Positions 46,276 through 52,865 of a DNA stretch of 52,865 nucleotides are shown piece after piece. The translations under genes were made by a program, and so were the position numbers. The stretch lies in contig CAJFQR010000001.1 in assembly GCA_904419105.1 (NCBI GenBank), positions 1-52,865 of the forward strand, given 5' to 3'. Position 1 is the first letter of the stretch. Every line of letters begins with the position of its first letter. Under the pieces are notes generated by a model, which did no database searches, had not been told where the DNA came from, and was given only the letters and a program-made list of their open reading frames with translations. The DNA is from Candidatus Avimicrobium faecavium. GTDB taxonomy: Bacteria > Bacillota > Clostridia > Oscillospirales > Ruminococcaceae.

Positions 46276-46818
46276 TCAGAGGGCGGTGCCGGTCTTTGGC
46301 CGGAAGAAGCGGGTCACATCTACCCCCTCGTGGGTGAGCAGGGCGATCTTCTTTTCCAGGCCGCCGGCGTAGCCGGTCAGGCTGCCGCTGGCGCCCACCA
46401 CCCGGTGGCAGGGTATGATGATGGAGATGGGATTGTGCCCCACCGCTCCGCCCACCGCCTGAGCGCTCATCGTCGGGCGGGAGAGCCGCCGGGCGGCCTC
46501 CTCGGCCAGGGCGCCGTAGGTGGTCACCGAGCCGTAGGGGATCTCAAGCAGCAGCTGCCAGATCAGCCGGCGGAAGCCGCTGCCCGCCGGAGCCAGCGGC
46601 AGGGAGAGCGGATCCGGCCGTTCCCCGGCAAAATACCGGTCCAGCCAGGCGGCGGCCTCCCGGAGCACCGGCAGCTCCGGGCGGTCCTCGGTCGGGCAGC
46701 CGGCCAGCGACCCGAGGAAGTACTTCTGCCCGTCCATCCACAGGCCGGTGAGGTGCTCGCCGTCGCTGGCGAGCGTCAGCGGGCAGACCGGGGACTGGTA
46801 GTGGGAGAGGTAGACCAT
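46276..46818 (-). CDS. ogt: Methylated-DNA-protein-cysteine S-methyltransferase
   Basis: IPYG, AVGGAVGHNP, PCHRV and GYAGG motifs. Confidence 0.93.
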   Translation of the reverse strand: MVYLSHYQSPVCPLTLASDGEHLTGLWMDGQKYFLGSLAGCPTEDRPELPVLREAAAWLDRYFAGERPDPLSLPLAPAGSGFRRLIWQLLLEIPYGSVTTYGALAEEAARRLSRPTMSAQAVGGAVGHNPISIIIPCHRVVGASGSLTGYAGGLEKKIALLTHEGVDVTRFFRPKTGTAL

Positions 46819-46830
46819 CTCGCTCCCCTC

Positions 46831-47310
46831 CTATTCCGCCGCCGGCTCCGGCAGCTTGCACAGGTCGGCCCACTCGCCGCCGGAGGCGGCACAGAGCTCC
46901 TCCGGGGTGAGCTTCACCGCCGAGTTGGAGCTGCCGCAGGCCGGATAGACAATGTCAAAGCGGCGCAGGCTCTCATCCAGGTAGACCCGCACCCCGTCGT
47001 TGACGCCGAAGGGACACACCCCGCCGACAGCGTGGCCCACCAGCTCCACCGCTTCCTCCGCGGTGAGCATCTTGGCCTTCTGATGGAACTTCTCCTTGAA
47101 CTTGTGGTTGTCCACCTTGGCGTCGCCGGCGGCGACAATGAGCACCACGCCGTCGCTTAACTTAAAGGACAGCGTCTTGGCAATGCGGGCGCCTTCACAG
47201 CCCAGAGCGGCAGCGGCCAGCTCCACCGTGGCGCTGGAGACCTCGAACTCCCGCACCCGGTCCCCAAAGCCCCTGGCGTCCAGCCAGGCCTTCGCCTTCT
47301 CAAATGACAT
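46831..47310 (-). CDS. YbaK/EbsC family aminoacyl-tRNA deacylase
   Basis: SSATV..AA, IAKTL, GGVCPFG, YPACGS. Confidence 0.88.
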   Translation of the reverse strand: MSFEKAKAWLDARGFGDRVREFEVSSATVELAAAALGCEGARIAKTLSFKLSDGVVLIVAAGDAKVDNHKFKEKFHQKAKMLTAEEAVELVGHAVGGVCPFGVNDGVRVYLDESLRRFDIVYPACGSSNSAVKLTPEELCAASGGEWADLCKLPEPAAE

Positions 47311-47357
47311 AGCAGATTCCTTCCTTCGGTAGCAGAGTATACCCCATTGTAGCATAG

Positions 47358-47450
47358 AAAAAGACGGAGCGCAATCGCGCTCCGTCTTTTTACTGTCGAA
47401 ATCGAATGGTCTTCCGCACCGGCGGAAGAGATACAGCAAAAACATCCGAC
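47358..47450 (-). ncRNA. Candidate ~90-nt structured RNA or attenuator leader
   Basis: TTTACA-N17-TAATAT promoter (47485-47457), nested hairpins, strong terminator at 47358-47391; no family recognised. Confidence 0.4.
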
Positions 47451-47513
47451 ATCCATATATTAACATATTTTACGGTAGTTGTAAAGTGGAAAACGGAATT
47501 TTTTTGGGGAAAC

Positions 47514-48002
47514 TCAGGGGAAAAGTGAAAAATCCCCCGAATTCCGCCGGTCCTGCCGCAGCCGGTGGAAAAACCGGTCCAGCTCCGCCTGGCAATCCGC
47601 CGCCCGGACGCCGCTTTTGACATAGGGTACCGCCGGGAAGGGCATCGCCGTCAGGTCGCATACCGAGCCCATGGCTCCGGCCTTCGGGTCCCGAGCACCG
47701 TAAACCACCCGGCTGATGCGGGCGTTCAGGATGGCTCCGGCGCACATCGGGCAGGGTTCCAGCGTGACATAGAGGGTACAGCCGTCCAGCCGCCAGCTGC
47801 CCAGCGCCGCGGCTGCCGCCCGGATGGCGGCGATCTCCGCATGGCCCAGCGGGTCCCGGTCGGCCTCCCGGCGGTTGTGCCCCCGGCCGAGCACAACGCC
47901 GTCCCGAACTACACAGGCACCGACGGGGATCTCCCCTTCTGCGGCGGCCAGGGCGGCCTCCTCCAGGGCTATGCCCATCAGGCGTTCGTCATCTGGGCGC
48001 AT
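47514..48002 (-). CDS. tadA: tRNA adenosine(34) deaminase
   Basis: GEIPVGA, HAE, TLEPCPMC and DPKAG motifs. Confidence 0.92.
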   Translation of the reverse strand: MRPDDERLMGIALEEAALAAAEGEIPVGACVVRDGVVLGRGHNRREADRDPLGHAEIAAIRAAAAALGSWRLDGCTLYVTLEPCPMCAGAILNARISRVVYGARDPKAGAMGSVCDLTAMPFPAVPYVKSGVRAADCQAELDRFFHRLRQDRRNSGDFSLFP

Positions 48003-48056
48003 TGGGCCACCTCCTTGCGGGATTTTTTCAGGATTTTGGGATCCGGTCAAGTTCGC

Positions 48057-49124
48057 TCAAATCACAAGAAAATACTTGCTGGTGGAGACGGCCAGCAGCA
48101 CCAGCAGCACCAGCATACAGCCGGTGGTGAAGAAGGCGGCCAGCTTGTGAGGGGTGGTCATCACCGTGCGGGCCGGATGCAGGGCGAACATCGACCGGTA
48201 GCGCCCAAGCAGCCAGCCCATCGCCGCAAAGCCCGATGCCAGGTAGAGAACATAGACCAGCAGGGTGAAGATCTGCTGCCCCTGGTAGGTGAGACCGGTG
48301 CTCACCGCCGAGAGGACCACCGCCAGGCCGTTGTTGACAAAGTGGATCAGGATGCCGGTGTACAGCGAGCCGGTGCGCAGGACAAAATAGCCAATGGCCA
48401 GCCCGGTGACAAAGGCCATCGGTGCCTGAACCAGATTGCCGTGGCAGAGCCCGAAGAGGATGGACGAGGCCAGCAGCGCGAATCCGTCGCCGAACCGCCG
48501 CAGCGACTGCATCACCGCTCCGCGGAACACCAGTTCCTCGACGACGGCCGGCAGCAGCGCCGCCCCGAGAAAGTAGAGGACGAACTCCACCGGTGCCGTG
48601 GGTACGACGGTGAGGGGACTGGTGGGATAGATGCCGAAGAGGGCGAACACCGACCCCATGGCTGACGCGCAGGAGGAACCGACCACTACGGCCATCAGCG
48701 AGATGGGCACTGCCGCCAGCGTGATGCGCAGATCCCGGCTGCGTTCCAGCGGGAAGGCGTTGTACCGGGGGATGCGGATCCGCCGGCAGTAGAGAAAGGC
48801 CGGCAGCAGCAGTGCCACCAGATAGGCTCCCATATTGGCCAGCTCGCTGACAGCGGTATACCCATCGTAGCTGAGGCTGCCGAAGAGGCTCTGCCCGAAG
48901 GAGAGCAGCAGCTGGTACACCGGCCCGGACAGCAGCAGGAAGCAGAGCAGCATCAGCGCGATGCCGGACGAATAGGTGCGCAGGATGCGCCGCTCATACT
49001 CCGCCCGGGGCGGCGGCGAAAAGCCGTACCCGGCCACATAGGTATACCCCCGGGGCTCACTGTTGCCCGCCAGAGGGTTGCGGTACAGGTCAAAGAACCC
49101 ATTGGACCCGCGTTTGTCCTGCAT
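48057..49124 (-). CDS. CPBP (CAAX/Abi) intramembrane glutamic metalloprotease
   Basis: EELVFRG, FGLCH and IHFVNN motifs. Confidence 0.88.
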   Translation of the reverse strand: MQDKRGSNGFFDLYRNPLAGNSEPRGYTYVAGYGFSPPPRAEYERRILRTYSSGIALMLLCFLLLSGPVYQLLLSFGQSLFGSLSYDGYTAVSELANMGAYLVALLLPAFLYCRRIRIPRYNAFPLERSRDLRITLAAVPISLMAVVVGSSCASAMGSVFALFGIYPTSPLTVVPTAPVEFVLYFLGAALLPAVVEELVFRGAVMQSLRRFGDGFALLASSILFGLCHGNLVQAPMAFVTGLAIGYFVLRTGSLYTGILIHFVNNGLAVVLSAVSTGLTYQGQQIFTLLVYVLYLASGFAAMGWLLGRYRSMFALHPARTVMTTPHKLAAFFTTGCMLVLLVLLAVSTSKYFLVI

Positions 49125-49267
49125 AAGCGTTCCTCCATAAACGGCCGCCGCCAGAGTGCAGCGGCCCAGTATCGTTTCTATCCGCATTATACCACAGCTT
49201 TCCCCCGGAAAAAAACCGCCGATTTGTAAACGAACTGTGAGGATTTGGCGGAAAATGCGCCGCCGGT

Positions 49268-49297
49268 GCATAAAATCGGGCCCGACAGCGCAGAGTA
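49268..49297 (+). promoter_or_regulatory. SigG-type forespore promoter of spoVA
   Basis: GCATA-N18-CAGAGTA resembles the SigG consensus; spoVA is SigG-dependent in Bacillus and Clostridium. Confidence 0.55.
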
Positions 49298-49329
49298 TCG
49301 GCAGAGGAAGAGAAAAAGGAGGCAATGCG

Positions 49330-49776
49330 ATGTCGATGACCGCACCGGAATACCAGGCCCTGGCCGCCCGGCTGGCCCCGAAGTCCAAACCCTGGGTGAA
49401 TGTGCCGAAGGCGTTTTTCACCGGCGGGTGCATCTGCGCCATCGGGCAGGGGCTGATCCTGCTCTACACCGGGCTGGGGCTGCCGGCGGATACCGCCTCC
49501 GGCGCCTGCAGCATGACGCTGGTGGCCCTTTCGGCGCTGCTCACCGGCCTGGGGGTCTATGACCGGCTGGCCCGGCACGCCGGGGCGGGCACGCTGGTGC
49601 CGATCACCGGCTTTGCAAATGCGATGGTCTCGCCGGCACTGGAGTTCAAAAACGAGGGGTTCATCCTTGGTATCGCGGCAAAAATGTTCGTCATTGCCGG
49701 GCCGGTGCTGGTCTACGGGCTGACGGCGTCGGTGGTGTACGGGGTGTTGCTCTGCCTCGGGCAGCTGGTGGTATAA
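49330..49776 (+). CDS. spoVAC: Stage V sporulation protein AC
   Basis: AFFTGGCICAIGQ, AGAGTLVPITGFAN, KMFVIAGPV. Confidence 0.93.
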   Translation: MSMTAPEYQALAARLAPKSKPWVNVPKAFFTGGCICAIGQGLILLYTGLGLPADTASGACSMTLVALSALLTGLGVYDRLARHAGAGTLVPITGFANAMVSPALEFKNEGFILGIAAKMFVIAGPVLVYGLTASVVYGVLLCLGQLVV

Positions 49777-49803
49777 CGCAGGTTTCAAAAGGAGGGAGCG
49801 ACT

Positions 49804-50835
49804 ATGGCAACACCCATCGGAGGGCGCAGCTATCTCTTTGCCCGTCCGCCGGTGCTCCGGGGCTGGGCGGCGGTGGGCTCCAAGCGGGAGGGGGAAGGCC
49901 CCCTTGGCGGGGAGTTTGACGCCATCGAGCCGGACAGCACCTTCGGCCAGAAAAGCTGGGAGCGGGCGGAGAGCTTTCTGCACCACAAGGTACTGGAGCT
50001 GGCGGTGGCCAAGGCGGGGTTGTCCTACGCCGACCTGCGGGCCATTTTGGCTGGGGATCTGCTGGATCAGTGCACCGGCTCCACCTTTGCGGTGCGGGAG
50101 CTGGATGTACCCTATTTGGGCATTTACGGGGCCTGTTCCACGATGGCGGAGGGGCTGTTTCTGGCAGGGTTCCTCACCGAAGGGGGCATGGCGCCGGTGG
50201 CGGTGTCCACCGCCAGCCACTTCTGCACCGCCGAACGCCAGTACCGCTTCCCGCTGGAATACGGCGGCCAGCGTACCCCCACCAGCCAGTGGACCGCCAC
50301 CGGCGGCGGCGCAGTGGTGTTGGGCGGAGAGGGCGGCAGCGGCCCGGTGCTGCTCGGCGGCACCGCCGGAGCGGTGGAGGATCTGGGCATCAAGGATGCC
50401 GCCAATATGGGGGCGGCAATGGCCCCGGCGGCGGCCGCCACCCTGGGACGATTCTTTGCCGACACCGGCACCGTACCGGCGGACTACGACCTGGTGGTCA
50501 CCGGGGACCTGGGGGCGGTAGGAAGCGAGCTGCTTTACGCCCTCACCGAGAGGGAGGGGCTTCAGCTCCGGGGGCATCACACCGACTGCGGTCTGCTGCT
50601 CTACGACCGGGAGCGGCAGGATGTCCACGCCGGGGGCTCCGGCTGCGGATGCTGCGCGTCGGTGCTCTGTGCCCATCTGCTGCCGGCGCTGGCCGCCGGG
50701 GAACTGCGGCGGATCGTCTTTGCCGCCACCGGGGCGCTGCTCAGCCCGACCAGCAGCCAGCAGGGGGAGTCGATCCCAGGGGTGTGCCATGCGGTCTGTC
50801 TGGCAGCCGGAGAGGAGGACAGCCTATGGAAGTAG
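49804..50835 (+). CDS. spoVAD: Stage V sporulation protein AD
   Basis: EGEGPL, SWERAE, GACST, AERQYRFPLEYG and GGSGCGC motifs. Confidence 0.95.
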   Translation: MATPIGGRSYLFARPPVLRGWAAVGSKREGEGPLGGEFDAIEPDSTFGQKSWERAESFLHHKVLELAVAKAGLSYADLRAILAGDLLDQCTGSTFAVRELDVPYLGIYGACSTMAEGLFLAGFLTEGGMAPVAVSTASHFCTAERQYRFPLEYGGQRTPTSQWTATGGGAVVLGGEGGSGPVLLGGTAGAVEDLGIKDAANMGAAMAPAAAATLGRFFADTGTVPADYDLVVTGDLGAVGSELLYALTEREGLQLRGHHTDCGLLLYDRERQDVHAGGSGCGCCASVLCAHLLPALAAGELRRIVFAATGALLSPTSSQQGESIPGVCHAVCLAAGEEDSLWK

Positions 50836-51191
50836 TCATCGCTCTGGCCAGGGCCTTTTTGGTGGGAGGGAGCATCTGTGCGGTGGGCCAGGTTCTTATC
50901 GACCGTACCGCCCTGACCCCGGCCCGGATCCTGGTGAGCTTTGTGGTAGCGGGGGTGGTGCTCGGGGGACTGGGGCTCTACCAGCCGCTGCTGGACTTTG
51001 CCGGGGCGGGGGCCTCGGTGCCGCTTACCGGCTTCGGAGCGCTGCTGGCTCGGGGCGTCCGGGAGGCAGTGGCGGAGAGCGGCGCCCTGGGGGCGCTCAC
51101 CGGCGGGCTCACCGCCTCGGCCGGCGGCATCACCGCAGCGGTGGTCTGCGCGCTGACGGCGGCGCTCCTTTCCCACTCCAGGGACAAATAA
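50826..51191 (+). CDS. spoVAE: Stage V sporulation protein AE
   Basis: AFLVGGSICAVGQVLIDRT.LTPARIL, GAGASVPLTGFG. Confidence 0.92.
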   Translation: MEVVIALARAFLVGGSICAVGQVLIDRTALTPARILVSFVVAGVVLGGLGLYQPLLDFAGAGASVPLTGFGALLARGVREAVAESGALGALTGGLTASAGGITAAVVCALTAALLSHSRDK

Positions 51192-51293
51192 CCGGAGGAC
51201 CGTCCTTCGGTTACATACGGAGGGAGACTTTTCCACAAAAAGGGGTTGACAGTCCGCTGCCGGTGTGGTATTATAATTAAGCAAAGTAAATAT

Positions 51294-51369
<76 letters not shown>

Positions 51370-51371
51370 CT

Positions 51372-51408
51372 AAAAAGCCGGTGAAACCGTGGTTTCACCG
51401 GCTTTTTC
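51372..51408. terminator. Bidirectional terminator between the tRNA and the integrase
   Basis: AAAAGCCGGTGAAACC-gt-GGTTTCACCGGCTTTT. Confidence 0.8.
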
Positions 51409-51470
51409 TTTTTGTCCGGTTTTGCTTCTGACCCATACGCTGACCCAGACGGAGGGCCGAAGCGGGAAGA

Positions 51471-52622
51471 TCAGACACGGCTGGAGAGCAAATCCCGCAT
51501 GAGAGCCGCCGCCTGCCGCTGGGCAGGGGTGGTCACATGGGCATAGGTGTCCAGCGTAAACCCCGCCGAATAATGCCCCAGCATGCCCGAAACCGTTTTG
51601 ACATCGATGCCGTTTTGCAGCGCAAGGGTGGCGAAGGTGAGCCGGAGATCGTGAAAGCGGAGCCGTGGCAGACCGGCGCGTTCCAGAACCCGGTGCAGCA
51701 TGTGGAGCACACTGTCCGGGGAAAGCGGCCCGCCGGCAGGCCCTGGGAAAACCCAAGGGCTTGTCCCGACTTTCTCTTTTTGCTGTGCCAGAACGCCGAT
51801 TGTATCCTCTCCAAGAGGGAGGGTGCGGTAGGCGTTTTTTGTCTTCAGCGGGGCTTCCGTTACCTTCCCGCCAACCCTGGCCAGCTGGCGGCGGATATGC
51901 AGTTCCCGGTGCTGCCAGTCGATATCCTCCCAGCGAAGCCCCAGCAGTTCTCCCCGGCGAAGGCCGGTAGCCAGATCCAGATAATAGAGCTCCAATACCC
52001 CGCTGGCTTTTGCTTCCCGGAAGAAGGCGTTCAGCTGATCGGTTGTCAGGGTCCTGATCTCCTGTCGCTCTGCCCTGGGGAGAGCGCAGCCTGCCGCAGG
52101 GTTGGAGGGGATCAGGCGCTGCTGCACCGCCAGATCCAGCGCGGAGGAGAGGATTTGATGCAGGTTGCGGACCGTTTTTGCACTCAGTCCTCTGGGCTGC
52201 CCTTTGGATTCGGCCCGTACCACCCTGCCGCACTCCAGCAGCTTTTTGTAGAACTTCTGAATGTCCAGAGTGGTGAGCCTGTTCAGCGGAATGTTCCCGA
52301 TATTGGGGAGGATGTGGTTATCCAGATACCCCCGATAGGTGGCATGAAAGGAAGGGCGCACCTTGATCCGTGCATAATTTTCAAACCAGATCTCCATCCA
52401 CTGGCCCAGGGTGTATTTTTCCGCCCGGACGATATCCACCCGTTTGCTTTTTTCAATGGCTTTGGCGAGCTTCTCCTTCACTTCCGCCTGGGTCTTGCCC
52501 AGGACGTTTTTGTAGACAGCCTTTCCTGTTTCGGGATCGTGACCGGCGGTGTACCGGCCCTCCCAGCGGCCGTCCTTGCGCCTGCGGATGCTGCCCTCAC
52601 CATTGGCGCGTTTCTTTGCCAT
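51471..52622 (-). CDS. Tyrosine recombinase/integrase
   Basis: KRANGEGSIRRRKDGRW arm-binding start, TGLRRGE, K, HDLR and LGH...TY catalytic set. Confidence 0.93.
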   Translation of the reverse strand: MAKKRANGEGSIRRRKDGRWEGRYTAGHDPETGKAVYKNVLGKTQAEVKEKLAKAIEKSKRVDIVRAEKYTLGQWMEIWFENYARIKVRPSFHATYRGYLDNHILPNIGNIPLNRLTTLDIQKFYKKLLECGRVVRAESKGQPRGLSAKTVRNLHQILSSALDLAVQQRLIPSNPAAGCALPRAERQEIRTLTTDQLNAFFREAKASGVLELYYLDLATGLRRGELLGLRWEDIDWQHRELHIRRQLARVGGKVTEAPLKTKNAYRTLPLGEDTIGVLAQQKEKVGTSPWVFPGPAGGPLSPDSVLHMLHRVLERAGLPRLRFHDLRLTFATLALQNGIDVKTVSGMLGHYSAGFTLDTYAHVTTPAQRQAAALMRDLLSSRV

Positions 52623-52638
52623 GTGAGTTCCCCCTTTC

Positions 52639-52865
52639 TCACTCGAATAAATATTTCTTGCGCAGGTAATCGGCATGTTCCGGCGTAATCATTCCTTGAG
52701 CGGCGTTGATGCTCCCATACAGTTCTCCCCACAGACAGTCTAAGTACCTGGAGTTGGTGCGCAGCCCCTCTTTGTAGGCGTCCAGATCGTGTTGTAGGAA
52801 AGGCGGGAGGCCGGTTTCATATTCTTCTATGGTTGCCGGTTCCCGCGAAGCTTCTTCTCTCAAGG
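52639..52865 (-). CDS. C-terminal part of a small protein, possibly an XRE/HTH-type regulator; 5' end lies outside the window
   Basis: Open frame to the window edge ending LDCLWGELYGSIN...ITPEHADYLRKKYL; the HTH itself is not visible. Confidence 0.5.
   Translation of the reverse strand, partial: LREEASREPATIEEYETGLPPFLQHDLDAYKEGLRTNSRYLDCLWGELYGSINAAQGMITPEHADYLRKKYLFE

Larger units (their letters stand above)
51370..52865. mobile_element. End of an integrative element (ICE, IME or prophage-like) inserted at the tRNA-Met 3' end; continues past the window
   Basis: Tyrosine integrase transcribed toward the tRNA; tandem CTGACCCAnACG repeats at 51428-51451. Confidence 0.75.

Noticed and set aside
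47358-47513. SRP RNA downstream of tadA
   Set aside because: The conserved SRP domain IV motif (CAGG...GGAA...AGCAG) is absent
51630-51660. Integrase inactivation by HDLRLT instead of HDLRHT
   Set aside because: The catalytic HxxR, R, K, H and Y positions are intact; the changed residue is not one of them

Overview
A GC-rich, spore-forming Clostridia (Oscillospiraceae-like) chromosomal segment. From left to right: a heavy-metal P1B-ATPase/ArsR/AraC/CDF neighbourhood; brnQ and two tandem APC amino-acid permeases; a minus-strand blaI-like repressor and M56 (BlaR1-like) sensor followed by three modular lipoproteins; a DUF401-like transporter, glycerate kinase and a glutaredoxin-like gene; a 3215-aa CnaB-repeat LPDTG surface protein with its sortase; redox, efflux and hydrolase genes; three more APC permease paralogues (one a pseudogene) around pepT; ogt, ybaK, tadA and a CPBP protease; spoVAC-D-E; and an initiator tRNA-Met abutted by the integrase end of an integrative element that runs off the window. 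The most unusual system is at 11258-18500. The BlaR1-like sensor has no penicillin-binding domain, and its extracellular modules reappear as free-standing lipoproteins directly downstream. Those lipoprotein genes are joined by near-identical stop/RBS/signal-peptide repeats and show traces of domain shuffling, which suggests a sensor-matched decoy or immunity array. Secondary signals are a G9 tract in a consensus promoter spacer, a G7 frameshift, an unannotated 58-aa Cys-rich protein and candidate structured RNAs. All family assignments are by eye from motifs; no searches were run.
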